This document shows, in pieces, positions 41,193-53,048 of a stretch of 64,000 nucleotides of DNA. The stretch lies in assembly GCA_965205865.1 (NCBI GenBank), contig CBDBHR010000023.1, positions 96,001 to 160,000 of the forward strand. The letters run 5' to 3'. Each line of letters opens with the position of its first letter. Position 1 is the stretch's first letter. The translations under genes and the position numbers were made by a program. The DNA is from a bacterium. Its GTDB lineage: Bacteria > SAR324 > NAC60-12. The notes beneath the pieces are model-generated. The model did not search any database, was not told where the DNA came from, and saw only the letters and a list, made by a program, of their open reading frames with translations.

Positions 41193-41432
41193 TCAGGACA
41201 GGCTGTTGTGGGTACCGTCACAAAAAGGTTGGTTGCCAGTATGTTTGCAACCACAAAGCCAGTATTTGTTGGCTTCAGTAATAGTGACTTTCACTGGTTC
41301 GAATTCCGAATCTTTGTGCGAACCGTCGCAATACGGTTGATTTGCAGACTTGCCGCATCTGCACCACCAGTAGTCTCCAGGCTCCAAATCAATGCCATAC
41401 GGTTCTTTTTGCGCAATTTGTGGTTCCGCCAT
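41193..41432 (-). CDS. CDGSH iron-sulfur domain protein (two CDGSH motifs)
   Basis: WCRCGKSANQPYCDGSH and LCGCKHTGNQPFCDGTH. Confidence 0.95.
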   Translation of the reverse strand: MAEPQIAQKEPYGIDLEPGDYWWCRCGKSANQPYCDGSHKDSEFEPVKVTITEANKYWLCGCKHTGNQPFCDGTHNSLS

Positions 41433-41775
41433 TTTTCTTTCTCCTTGATTGGTAAGTTATATTCCTGAGGAATGGTTCGTCATTTTACAATTTGCAGTGC
41501 AAACGAAATGTATAGGATGCAATTGAAATGCATTCTTACAGAGCATTTGGCCTATATTCAAGTTTGAAACGACTTTGTTGCCAATATTCTTTCGGCATCG
41601 CATAAAATCCGAATTATCAATCTGATACAAATTTCTCGAACTCCAAGGGTTTCGTGCGCGCAATTGTCATGTTGCGCAACTTTGGAAGGGGTTGATAAAA
41701 ATATGAATGTTTATGATAATGGACAATGCTTCAATTAACAATTAAATTTCAGACATTCTCATAGAGGGACCCCTG

Positions 41776-42774
41776 ATGAAAGATCACTATCGCATTTTTG
41801 GATCCGAACTCTCACCTTATTCGGTCAAAGTTCGTTCTTATTGCCGTTATAAAGACATCCCTCACAATTGGATTATTCGCAACGCAGCCGTGAAGGACGA
41901 ATACGATAAATACGCCAGGATCCCACTCATTCCACTGGTCGTCACGCCCCGAGATAAGGGTATTCAGGACTCGACTCCGATAATCGAGCATCTCGAAACC
42001 GAGTATCCCGAGCCTTCCATCCACCCTTCTGATCCGGTCACCGGATTTGTTTCAGCCCTACTCGAAGAATTTGGTGACGAATGGGGCAATAAATGGATGT
42101 TTCATTACCGCTGGGCGCGTGAAATTGATCAGCTCTGCTCGGCAGGCCGTATCGCCCGCATGTTGATACCTGCGGCAGAGGATAAGGAACACGCGGAACT
42201 GGCGGTCCGGGTTCGAGAACGCATGATCAACCGAGTGTGGTTTGTTGGCTCCAATGAGCAGACTGCCCCTCAGATTGAAAAATCCTTTTGTGAGGCGATC
42301 GATCAACTCGAGACACATCTGAGCGGCCGAGCTTATCTCTTTGGGGGCAGACCGTCTTTCGGAGATTTCGGCCTCTGGGGACAAATCTATTGCGCTTGGA
42401 CCGATCCGACTCCAGGTGCGTTAGTGGAGAGTCGCGCCCCCCATGTATTGGCTTGGGTTCATCGCATGCTTTGGGCGCGGGCCGAAAGCGACTTCGAACC
42501 TTGGTCGAGTTTGGAATCAACACTCTTGCCATTTCTTGAAAAGCAGGTCGGCGCCCGCTTTTTCCCCTGGTCGCTGGCCAATGCAAAAGCGATCGCTGAC
42601 GGTAAGGAAGAGTTCAGCGTCGAGTTGAATGGCCAAACCTGGACTCAGAAAGCTCAGAAATACCATGCGAAAACCCTGCGAACTCTGCGAGGCAAATACG
42701 CGTCAGTGGCTGAGAAAAGCAAACTGGATCCTATTTTGGAGCAAGCCAACTGCCTGCTCGGCCTGCAAGCTTAA
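41776..42774 (+). CDS. Glutathione S-transferase family protein
   Basis: SPYSVKVRSY..IP..QDSTPII..YLFGGRPSFGDFG. Confidence 0.88.
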   Translation: MKDHYRIFGSELSPYSVKVRSYCRYKDIPHNWIIRNAAVKDEYDKYARIPLIPLVVTPRDKGIQDSTPIIEHLETEYPEPSIHPSDPVTGFVSALLEEFGDEWGNKWMFHYRWAREIDQLCSAGRIARMLIPAAEDKEHAELAVRVRERMINRVWFVGSNEQTAPQIEKSFCEAIDQLETHLSGRAYLFGGRPSFGDFGLWGQIYCAWTDPTPGALVESRAPHVLAWVHRMLWARAESDFEPWSSLESTLLPFLEKQVGARFFPWSLANAKAIADGKEEFSVELNGQTWTQKAQKYHAKTLRTLRGKYASVAEKSKLDPILEQANCLLGLQA

Positions 42775-42842
42775 TAAAAAAAAACGCATGATGAATAAAC
42801 TCGTTTCCTTCTACAGATAAACTGGGGTGAGGTTGGCATTGA

Positions 42843-43265
42843 TCATTCCTGCGGCTGATCGTAATTGATCAACCAGTTGATAGCGAACTTGTCAGTGAAC
42901 GATCCGAAATATGATCCCCAGAACATATCCCGCATGGGCATAGAGACGGATCCTCCAGCAGACAACTCGGCAAAGATCCGATCAGCTTCGGCCTTACTTT
43001 CGGGGCTGACGGAAATCGAAAAGTTATTGCCGACAACAGGTGGTGGGCCGAACTGAGATGGCATATCGCTGCCCATCAATGTGCTGGAACCGATTGGTAA
43101 TGACACGTGCATGATGTTGTCCAAGTCATCTTCAGCGACTCCCATATCGGGGGGGCCGTTCCTGAAGGTTTGCAAATTCGCGAATTCTCCACCGAACACA
43201 GAGCGATAGAACTCGAACACTTCACGGCAATTTCCATTGAAATTCAGATAGGTGTCAAGGGTCAT
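42843..43265 (-). CDS. VOC/PhnB family protein
   Basis: YLNFNGNCREVFEFYRSVFGG..IMHVSL..MGSD..MFWGSYFGSFTDKFAINW. Confidence 0.92.
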   Translation of the reverse strand: MTLDTYLNFNGNCREVFEFYRSVFGGEFANLQTFRNGPPDMGVAEDDLDNIMHVSLPIGSSTLMGSDMPSQFGPPPVVGNNFSISVSPESKAEADRIFAELSAGGSVSMPMRDMFWGSYFGSFTDKFAINWLINYDQPQE

Positions 43266-43401
43266 TGTAGTCTCCTGAGATTTGATGATTTGAAAAAATG
43301 TCTTTTGGGAATTTGTTGAAAAAGCGTATCGAATCTATCTCATTGGTGGTCAAATATCAATTGGAATAAACTATGCTGTGTCCTTATGGTTAAAATGATT
43401 A

Positions 43402-43559
43402 GGAATGAAATTTAAATAAGTTAGAAGTATGGATACGCAAAATTAGGGTACACGTAACAGCAGGCATAAAACAGTAGAGTTGGGATGCGCAGTGGTGTAC
43501 ATGTCCCCCAATTTTGCTCACACAATTGGAAGAATTACAGGTTATTAAAGGTTTGTTCC
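43402..43559 (-). mobile_element. MITE of about 158 bp, copy B
   Basis: Reverse complement of copy A; flanked by TTA/TTA. Confidence 0.85.
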
Positions 43560-43742
43560 TTAAATCGGGCTTTGCCGTTCATACGAAGACTTTTGGAATA
43601 CTCCCTCAGGAAAGCCCGAGAGTATATCCGTCAAGGCGTATTCTATGCGAGAACACCAAATGTTCCCACCGAACCAATCGCCCCTTCTTGATCAATTTAT
43701 CCAATCATTGTCAGGAAAAGGGAATAACTGAGGCTACAAACA

Positions 43743-44903
43743 TCAAGGGGATTTGGTGCGGGATCCAGAGCAAAGAGAATGACAAAAGCCCTGAATATGT
43801 TGGGCCGTACGCTGATAGGCGCCTGGTTTTCCGAGTTGAGCGCGGAGTGACTCGAATTCCTGCTGCATATGCCGGGTGAAGGACCGATCTTTCAACAAGC
43901 GTATTGTCTCTCGCGCCAGGTTGGAAGCGGTTAGATCGTTTTGCAAGAGTTCAGGAACAATCAGACGCTGGGCTAAAATATTGACCAAACCTATATAGGG
44001 AACCCGAGACATCTGTTTGGCAAGCCAAAAGGTGAGGGGAGCGAGTTTGTAAATGATTACGAAGGGGGTGAGCGCCAAGCTGGTTTGCAAGGTGGCGGTT
44101 CCTGAAGCCACAATGGCGGCATTCACGGCATGAATGCATTCCAAAAAAGATCCATGAAATGCTGTCACGGCAATAGGACTTTGCTCCAACTGTTTCCGGA
44201 TCCAGCCCAACTCGATACTTTCTGACACCGGCATGAGATGTTGAATCCGAATGCCCTCTTTCCGGATCAATAAAAGGGCTTCCAGCACAATGGGCAGATG
44301 ATTCTTGACTTCACTGGGACGACTGCCTATTGCCAGGGCGAGAGATGGAATTGTCTCATCAGGGATGTATTGTTGTTTGAACTCGGAAAGCCGAACGGCA
44401 GAAACCGTATCCCCCACGCGAGGATGACCAACTAAGTTCACAGCAATCCCTGCCTTGCGATAAATTGCTTCCTCAAAGGGAAACAAAACAAACATTTTGT
44501 CCACTACTTTTTTAATCAATCGAATACGCTTTCCACGCCAGGCCCAGACCTGTGGACTGCTGAACCAGAGTACCGGAATGTTTTGTCGTTTGACATGTGC
44601 GGCCAGCTTGAGATTGAATCCCGGGTAATCAATGAGTAAGGCCAGGTCGGGTTGTTCCTCAGATAGCGTGTCACGCATATGCCAGAGGATTTTATAAAGG
44701 CGGGGCAGATGTGGCAAGACCTCCAGCAAACCATGGACTTCGAGTGAATCTAAAGTGTAAACGGCCTGCAATCCTTGCTGCAGCATAAGAGGACCACCGA
44801 TACCATATACCGTCAATTGGGGCATTATTTTTTGCAGTTCACCCATCAGAGCGGCGCCGTGAGCATCGCCAGATGGTTCTCCGGCGACCATTAGAATTTT
44901 CAT
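43743..44903 (-). CDS. lpxB: Lipid-A-disaccharide synthase
   Basis: AGEPSGD, IDYPGFN, SPQVWAWR, VGHP, GSR, ASGTATL. Confidence 0.95.
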   Translation of the reverse strand: MKILMVAGEPSGDAHGAALMGELQKIMPQLTVYGIGGPLMLQQGLQAVYTLDSLEVHGLLEVLPHLPRLYKILWHMRDTLSEEQPDLALLIDYPGFNLKLAAHVKRQNIPVLWFSSPQVWAWRGKRIRLIKKVVDKMFVLFPFEEAIYRKAGIAVNLVGHPRVGDTVSAVRLSEFKQQYIPDETIPSLALAIGSRPSEVKNHLPIVLEALLLIRKEGIRIQHLMPVSESIELGWIRKQLEQSPIAVTAFHGSFLECIHAVNAAIVASGTATLQTSLALTPFVIIYKLAPLTFWLAKQMSRVPYIGLVNILAQRLIVPELLQNDLTASNLARETIRLLKDRSFTRHMQQEFESLRAQLGKPGAYQRTAQHIQGFCHSLCSGSRTKSP

Positions 44904-44990
44904 TGATCCTGTCTTTGACTCTATTACTCGGAATGATTGGATTTCTTGGGCGCAAACCATCTTAAAAATCTGCTTCTTTTCCAGAATCGC

Positions 44991-45782
44991 TCAATCCGGG
45001 TGCCAATATTTTAAAGCGCATTGGGTATCACGTTGGACAAGCTCGTAGAAGCGATCATTGTGCGCAAGCCCGGGACTGGCGCGGTGTCGAAATTCATGGA
45101 TCAGGGTTTCAATCAACCGGGATTTTTTGGGTTGTCCATAAAACCAGAAGTTGGAACGGTGGATCTTGATCTGAAATTTCCCCCAATAAAAGCCTGTTTC
45201 TCCATACTGGATTTTATTGTGATGAAATACGCTTTCCGGCGTATAAAGAACTGGTACTGTTTGTATTTTTTCCAGCATCCGCTCGGAAAAGCAAGGCAAC
45301 TGAGCCAGTTTTTGCGCATACTTCTCAATCATTTGCTGTCGAGCAGTGATGTTCTCCAAGCCGACACCCAATAAGTAATAACGGTCCATCAGAAAGAAGA
45401 GCGTTGCTAAGACCAAGGCCACGATCAAAAAGACAGCCAGCCGTTTTCCCCGTTGCGGAGAAACAGATCTTTGCGGGTAGAGGTGTCGTTTTTTAAGATA
45501 AACCCAATCCTGCCATTCTTTTTGCAATTCGAGCAGTAAAGATTCTTCCAGGTTAGCCCAGTCATGTTCATCAAATTTCAGAGAATTTGGCAGATCCAAT
45601 TGTAAAAATGCTTGTTCTTTACATCGGTGGCAAACGATTTTGGCAAACCAGGCCCCATCTTTTCCTTGCAAAGGTGTCAGAAAGACCATAGCGCTCTGAC
45701 AATGGGGACAGATCAATCTATGGGCGGGACACCAACTGTTTTCTCTCAAATTGAAAAACCTGCTCAGAGGGAAGGAGTCCAT
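44991..45782 (-). CDS. Hypothetical membrane protein with Cys pairs and an HExxH motif
   Basis: CPHC and CHRC, one TM segment, TLIHEFRH...H..RF. Confidence 0.65.
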   Translation of the reverse strand: MDSFPLSRFFNLRENSWCPAHRLICPHCQSAMVFLTPLQGKDGAWFAKIVCHRCKEQAFLQLDLPNSLKFDEHDWANLEESLLLELQKEWQDWVYLKKRHLYPQRSVSPQRGKRLAVFLIVALVLATLFFLMDRYYLLGVGLENITARQQMIEKYAQKLAQLPCFSERMLEKIQTVPVLYTPESVFHHNKIQYGETGFYWGKFQIKIHRSNFWFYGQPKKSRLIETLIHEFRHRASPGLAHNDRFYELVQRDTQCALKYWHPD

Positions 45783-45951
45783 TCCGGGAAAATAAATCCA
45801 AACTCGAGGAATCCCTGGATTTTAGAAACCCGTCGAAATGAAGCAAGGGATGTTCAGTACGCAAGCCGGTTGCGCAACTGTCGGATTGCTTTATAAATGA
45901 TGAGTGTTTGATTGAATTCCCGCAAATTTGTGGTAACCTTTCCGGCATGCC

Positions 45952-46782
45952 TTACCACATTACCCAACCGCTTGTATTGATGTCTTGTCCAGTCATGCTG
46001 GCAGAATCCTCCGAAGCGAGAAACAGCGCTAAGGACGCCGTATCTTCTGGCCCTGAATTCTTGTCGATATAGCCTTCATCCGCGCACCATCGACCTGCGA
46101 TTACCTCTTTCGTTTTGGACTTTTCAAACTTTTCGCGAAAGACTGTTTCGTCGAAAGGCTGGTTATTGTATAAAGCCCGGTCTCGCGTCAATTCCAGTTT
46201 TCTTTCTTCATGCTCACCGGGGCAGATAGCATTCACATTGATGTTATAACGCCCCACATCGGCAGCCAGTGTTCTGGTGAAACCGATCACCCCCATCTTC
46301 GAGGTCGCGTAAGGCGTCCGGTGAGAAAGGGGTTGCTTTCCCGTACCGGAGCTGAAGTTGATGATTTTTCCATAATGCTTGCGGATCATTTCGGGTAGTA
46401 CCGCTTTGCAACAGATAAAAATCGAATCAAGGTTGACCGCGAGGGTTTGTTTCCATTCGACCAAGCTCATCTTCCAAACGTCTTTGGTGGGTCCCGCAAT
46501 ACCAACTACATTGGCAAGGATATCGATCGTGCCAAATTGTTTTATAGTTTCCCGGACCATCTGCTTCACAGATTCCTCATTTGAAACATCGGTCCGGAAG
46601 CAGAGCGCCTTTCCACCTTCCTTACGAATTATTGACCCCACTGTCTCTTCCAACCGGGTCAACGGAATAAGATCACAAATAGCAACCGCGGCTCCTTCTT
46701 TGGCGAATCGCCTGGTTACGGCTTCAGCATGACCTCTGCCTGCACCGGTGATCATGGCGACTTTACCCTGTAATTTTCTCAT
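45952..46782 (-). CDS. SDR family oxidoreductase
   Basis: ITGAGRG, YATSK, NAICPG. Confidence 0.93.
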   Translation of the reverse strand: MRKLQGKVAMITGAGRGHAEAVTRRFAKEGAAVAICDLIPLTRLEETVGSIIRKEGGKALCFRTDVSNEESVKQMVRETIKQFGTIDILANVVGIAGPTKDVWKMSLVEWKQTLAVNLDSIFICCKAVLPEMIRKHYGKIINFSSGTGKQPLSHRTPYATSKMGVIGFTRTLAADVGRYNINVNAICPGEHEERKLELTRDRALYNNQPFDETVFREKFEKSKTKEVIAGRWCADEGYIDKNSGPEDTASLALFLASEDSASMTGQDINTSGWVMW

Positions 46783-46938
46783 AAACTCATTCTTTCTTTA
46801 TGTGTCGATTTTAATTTGCTTGATTGCGTTATAAAGAAAGATCATCTTTAACATAGGCAATCAATTGAAACAAGGACCTCTTGTACGCGTCCAACTCGGA
46901 TTACCAATACCAGAACAATGTTTATTGCAGACCCTCCT

Positions 46939-48120
<1,182 letters not shown>

Positions 48121-50274
48121 TTAGGCGTAGAACCCTTTGGAATCTCTGGCCAAAGCCCGGATTTGCTCGGTTGGGGCATACAGTGGGTTATCGGTCATAA
48201 AGCGTTGCGCTTTTTCGCACAAGGACTGCAGTCCAAAGGAATCGGCATATTTGAGCAAGCCTCCACGGAAAGGAGGAAATCCAATCCCATAAATGCAGCC
48301 CATATCCACTTCCTGGGGAGTGAGGACGATTTGGTCTTCCAGGCAGCGGGAACTTTCGATGATCATGGGAATCATCATGCGCTCCACAATTTCATCATCC
48401 GAGACCTCCATTTTGTTGATAACCAGGGATTGAAGCAAGGCTTCGACTAGAGGGTCCGGCTTTTTATCCGGTCCCGCTTTCCCATTCAGATCTGCTGAAT
48501 AGAGATAAAATCCTTTCCGGTTTTTTTGCCCATAACGCTTGTTTTCATTGAGAACGACAACTGCGGATTTTGCTCTATTTTTCATGCGCTCAGGAAACCC
48601 TCCGGCCATCACTTCTTCAACATGAGCCGCCGTGTCCAGTCCGATGACGTCCAGCAAATGGGCAGGTCCCATTGGCCATCCGAATTTTTCCATTACCTTG
48701 TCGATTCTTTTGAAATCCACCCCCTGTGCCAACAAACCCATGAACCCGGCAAAGTAGGCGGCCAGGATTCGGTTGATTAGAAATCCGGGACAATCATTGA
48801 CCACCAGAGGACTTTTACCCAAGGAGATTGCATATCCGACGGCCTTAGTGATGGCATGCTTGCCAGTTTTCTTTCCGCGAATGACTTCGACTAAGGGCAT
48901 ACGGTGAACAGGATTGAAAAAATGCATCCCGCAGAAGGATTCCGGTCGCTTCAATCCTTCTGCAAGCATGGTGATAGAAAGGGTTGAGGTATTAGTAGTG
49001 AGGATCGCGCCGTTTTTCATCCTGCTTTCCACCTCCGTGAGCACCTTTTTTTTCAGCTCGAGATTTTCAACAACCGCTTCCACGATTATGTCGGCAAATT
49101 TGATATCCTCATAGGAGAGCGTGGTCCGGATCCTGTTTAAAATGTTCGTCATTTTCCAGGTATCGATTCTCCCACGGGAAATTTGATTGTTGAGTAAAGA
49201 GGCTGCTTCGGACAATCCAACTTTGGCTGCCTCGGCATCGACGTCTTTCATCACCACCGGAATCCCTCGGTATGCGGATTGATACGCAATACCGGCACCC
49301 ATGATACCAGCTCCCAAGACAGCTGCCGATTGGATTGGTACGGTAGATTTTTGATAGTTATTTGCACTTTTCTTCAAATATTGATCATTGAGAAACAGGG
49401 ATACAAGGTTGGCGGCAACGGTAGTTTTTGCCAGTTTCGAGAAACTCTGATGTTCGAGCTTCAACGCTTTATCCCGGCTATGTGGGGCGGCTGCCTGCAT
49501 GACTTCTACCGCTTTGAGAGGAGCGGGATAGTGGGGACCTGCTTCTCCGGAAACAAAAATTTTTCCTCCTTCGAAAACCATCAATCCCTCCATCGGATCG
49601 AGGGTCAAGGGCACAAGTTTTTCTTGACGTTTTGCTTTCCAATCTAAATTTCCGGATATGGCCTGCCGCAACAGATGCAAGGCAGCCTCCCTCAGCTTTT
49701 CCGGTTCAACGACAGCTTCCACTACCCCATTTCGAAAAGCGTCAACCGCATTGTATTCTTTGCCTCCGGCAATCCATTCGATGGCGTTGTCGGCTCCAAT
49801 CACTCGAGGCAGACGCACTGTTCCCCCAAACCCCGGGATGACGCCGAGCTTCACTTCAGGTTGCCCCACCTTTGCTTTGGTGGACATAATCCGGTATGTC
49901 GTGGCCAATCCCATTTCCAGGCCACCTCCCAAAGCATAGCCGTTGAACGCGCTCACACTGGGAAAATCAAGGTCCTCCAAGTCGCAAAAAATCGCGTTGG
50001 CAGTTTTGAGCCAAGCAACGATTTCATCTTCGGAACTGCTGAAATAGTCTGAAAACTCGCTGATATCTGCTCCAACGATAAAAACGCTTTTCGCACTGCT
50101 CACCAAAAGTCCTTTGATAGACATATCCCCTTTGAGTTGATTTGCAACTTCACGTAATTCTGAAAGTGTCTTCCTGTCAAACTTATTGACTGGTCCCTCT
50201 CTTGCATCAAAAATCAACTCCACCACCCCATCTTCAAGGGATTGACAGCGGATGGTTTCGCCTTCATAATTCAT
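48121..50274 (-). CDS. fadB: Fatty acid oxidation complex alpha subunit
   Basis: Enoyl-CoA hydratase (GADI, LGGGLE, PEVKLG) + 3-hydroxyacyl-CoA dehydrogenase (GAGIMG, NTSTLS, GMHFFNP). Confidence 0.95.
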   Translation of the reverse strand: MNYEGETIRCQSLEDGVVELIFDAREGPVNKFDRKTLSELREVANQLKGDMSIKGLLVSSAKSVFIVGADISEFSDYFSSSEDEIVAWLKTANAIFCDLEDLDFPSVSAFNGYALGGGLEMGLATTYRIMSTKAKVGQPEVKLGVIPGFGGTVRLPRVIGADNAIEWIAGGKEYNAVDAFRNGVVEAVVEPEKLREAALHLLRQAISGNLDWKAKRQEKLVPLTLDPMEGLMVFEGGKIFVSGEAGPHYPAPLKAVEVMQAAAPHSRDKALKLEHQSFSKLAKTTVAANLVSLFLNDQYLKKSANNYQKSTVPIQSAAVLGAGIMGAGIAYQSAYRGIPVVMKDVDAEAAKVGLSEAASLLNNQISRGRIDTWKMTNILNRIRTTLSYEDIKFADIIVEAVVENLELKKKVLTEVESRMKNGAILTTNTSTLSITMLAEGLKRPESFCGMHFFNPVHRMPLVEVIRGKKTGKHAITKAVGYAISLGKSPLVVNDCPGFLINRILAAYFAGFMGLLAQGVDFKRIDKVMEKFGWPMGPAHLLDVIGLDTAAHVEEVMAGGFPERMKNRAKSAVVVLNENKRYGQKNRKGFYLYSADLNGKAGPDKKPDPLVEALLQSLVINKMEVSDDEIVERMMIPMIIESSRCLEDQIVLTPQEVDMGCIYGIGFPPFRGGLLKYADSFGLQSLCEKAQRFMTDNPLYAPTEQIRALARDSKGFYA

Positions 50275-50579
50275 CTCGTCACCTCTTTTAGCCTGGAAAC
50301 ATGCCATTCAATGAAAAATGGAAAGTTGTATAGACTATTTATGGAATTTTTACAATTTCAGTTGCTCCCAAATAAGTTTCAAATTAGCCTTTCCCCCGGA
50401 ATCGTCAAGTTGAACTTCTTTAACAGCAAGCAACAGATCTTTTGATTTTTTTATTGAGAAAGTATTGGGGCCATTCGTTTCCGAATGGGAAGATGGCTGA
50501 ACGCGAATCTTTATGCTTTTTCTCAGACAAGGAGAAGGCAGTGGGAATTCGCAAGCGAACGTGAATCATTGCGAGAAAT

Positions 50580-50840
50580 ATGTCTAGAGGGGGTTTTCGC
50601 AAAGGAGCAGGTAGAAAAAGGGAATACCAGGAGCCGGTGCAAAAGATTCTTTTAGGCCTGCCGCGATCGGTCCTGCAAAAACTCGATGACTATGCCCAAA
50701 ATCATGGACTCTCCCGGCCAAAAGCCATTGCGCGCCTATTAGAACAACTCCGGGAACAACCTGCAACGGGTATGAAGGAAAATCAAAAACAAACGTTTTT
50801 GGATGAACTCAAAGCATTGAAAGAGAGTTTGCATTCATGA
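50580..50840 (+). CDS. Small ribbon-helix-helix-like DNA-binding protein
   Basis: RGGFRKGAGRK; LPRSVLQKLDDYAQNHGLSRPKAIARLL. Confidence 0.6.
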   Translation: MSRGGFRKGAGRKREYQEPVQKILLGLPRSVLQKLDDYAQNHGLSRPKAIARLLEQLREQPATGMKENQKQTFLDELKALKESLHS

Positions 50841-50861
50841 CAAAGATGGGATTGCGCTCTT

Positions 50862-51920
50862 TTAGATGAAAAGGAGTTGCGATTGTTCGGGCGGGTGAAC
50901 GGTTCCGATAATTCGGGCATAAGAAACACCCATGTCATGTAATTGTTGCAAGGCAGCCCTTCCCTGTTTTTCAGGAATGGCAACCAACAGGCCACCACTG
51001 GTTTGGGGATCTACTAAGATTTCTTCGTACCATTGGGGTAATTCGCGCACAAATTGCGTATCGGGGTTGATCAACTCATGGTTGGAAAGATTGACTCCGG
51101 TCGTTATACCGCGTTTGTACATGTCCAAGGCTTCTTTCATCAGCGGCACCGCATCCACTTCAATTTCAAGAGTCACCCGAGAGCCTTTTGCCATCTCCAG
51201 GGAATGTCCTGCCAGACCGAATCCCGTGATGTCTTTAACGGCATGCACTTCAAAGCTGGTAAGCAATTCACACGCTGTCCTGTTCAACATGATGAGAATT
51301 TGAAGACATTCTTCCAAGGCTTGTGGAGAAACAAGTTTCTTCAGGTTTGCATTGAAGAGCACGCCACTGCCGATGGGTTTAGTCAAGATCAACACATCTC
51401 CCGGTTGTGCTCCGGTGTTACTCCAATAACGCTGCGGATGCACGATCCCCGTGACTGACAAACCAAATTTGGGTTCTGCATCTTCAGTGGTGTGACCTCC
51501 CGCCAACACTGCGCCTGCCTCGGTGATTTTATTCAATGCTCCGTCAATGATGCCGTGCAAGATATCCGGTTTCAACTGATCGGACGGGAATCCTACCAGA
51601 TTCAAACAGGTAATGGGCTTTCCTCCCATCGCGTACACGTCACTGAGCGCATTCGCCGCGGCAATCTGCCCAAACAGAAACGGATCGTCCACGGGAGGTG
51701 TGATAAAATCTGCCGTGGTCACCAATGCTGTTTCATCGTTTATGCGATAGACAGCAGCATCGTCGCTGGTTTCAAACCCAATCAATAGGTTTGGATCCTG
51801 GTTTTTAGGTAAACGTGCCAGAAGCTCTTTGAGCCCGACCGGACTCAATTTTGCAGCTCAACCACAAGTTTTGGAGAGGCTGGTCAGCGTAGGCTGTCTA
51901 AATAAATGTTTCAATGCCAT
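50862..51920 (-). CDS. selD: Selenide, water dikinase (selenocysteine-containing)
   Basis: True start 51920: ..LSKTCG-TGA(51858-51860)-AAKLSP; DDAAVY, DFITP, AANALSDVYAMGG, GGHT, DPQTSGGLL. Confidence 0.95.
51825..51857 (-). promoter_or_regulatory. Bacterial SECIS-like hairpin of selD
   Basis: TTGAGTCC-GGTC-GGGCTCAA stem-loop 9 nt downstream of the TGA. Confidence 0.7.
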
Positions 51921-52059
51921 AATAAATTGATTTTCGACTGTCAATACGAGACAGTCAGTCCAACAATGTGTCTGGAATAAAGATTGAATGAAAGAGGTGA
52001 TTTAACACCACTGCCGCTTAAAACACAAGTCAAGAGGAATTGGATTGACAAACGGATTG

Positions 52060-53022
52060 CTACAAGCGGAAACGCACAAAGGCCAAGGGGAGCAGGATTA
52101 AGATGAGGAACAAACCGATACCAATCACGCCGTAAACAATTTGTCTGACAGGAACGGCATCAATCTGAATGACCAAATGAGGCTGCTCGAGAGTGGTCAT
52201 TTCCCATGAGTCCATTTGCAGTTCTCCCAGGTTTTCCACTTGCAAGTATGCAAGCTGAGGAGATGCCAGCTGAAGCAGGCGTACCGGAGTGAGAACCCTT
52301 CCCGCTTTCAAGACATGACGGTATTGTCTGCTCAGTTCATAGCTTCCAAAAAGGACTGTGAGGGTGTAGCGGAAAATAAGTGTGGTCTCCCCCGGAGGAA
52401 ATTGGTGATGGAATTGGAGTTGCCGGCCAATGATTTCATACGTGGTTTCGGATGCGGCACTATGATGAAGCAGATCGAAGTGCGTGAAGGAATCCGGCAA
52501 ATCAAAAATCAAAGGATGCTTGCTCGCGTCAATAATATCTTTTGAGAAATTGGTCACACTCAAGACTTCGGTGATTTGCAAAAAACCCGATCCCGGATCG
52601 ATGAACAACGCTGCATTGGTCACTTCCAGCGCGTCCGTCTTTTCAGAGATACCGGGAATGGAAAGCCTGACAAGAGCTTCAGTTTGTCCTGGTTTGAGGA
52701 AAAAGAAATCCGAGGAAACAAGACTTCCTTCATAACGGCTGCCGATGCGATATGCGGCGTTGATTGCAAGAGGCATCGGCTTGAATTTGAATTTTCCGGA
52801 AACTGCAGTTTGGATCCGCGCTACAGGACCATCGATCTGCAGTTCTCCCTGCTCATCGAGGACATATTTCAGCAAGACTACAGGTAGGCCATCATGTGGA
52901 ATGTCTTCGTCTCCGGGAGGAACAACCTGACCCCGGACTTCCACCATTTCCTGGGCAGAGATGTTTCCGCCATCTAAGGCTCCCAGAAGCAGGAGGAAAC
53001 AGAAAATAAAAATATTCCGCAT
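52060..53022 (-). CDS. Hypothetical exported, C-terminally anchored protein
   Basis: Signal peptide and C-terminal TM helix; no family recognised. Confidence 0.65.
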   Translation of the reverse strand: MRNIFIFCFLLLLGALDGGNISAQEMVEVRGQVVPPGDEDIPHDGLPVVLLKYVLDEQGELQIDGPVARIQTAVSGKFKFKPMPLAINAAYRIGSRYEGSLVSSDFFFLKPGQTEALVRLSIPGISEKTDALEVTNAALFIDPGSGFLQITEVLSVTNFSKDIIDASKHPLIFDLPDSFTHFDLLHHSAASETTYEIIGRQLQFHHQFPPGETTLIFRYTLTVLFGSYELSRQYRHVLKAGRVLTPVRLLQLASPQLAYLQVENLGELQMDSWEMTTLEQPHLVIQIDAVPVRQIVYGVIGIGLFLILILLPLAFVRFRL

Positions 53023-53048
53023 ACGGGAAATTCAGGAGGGAAGGAGAA

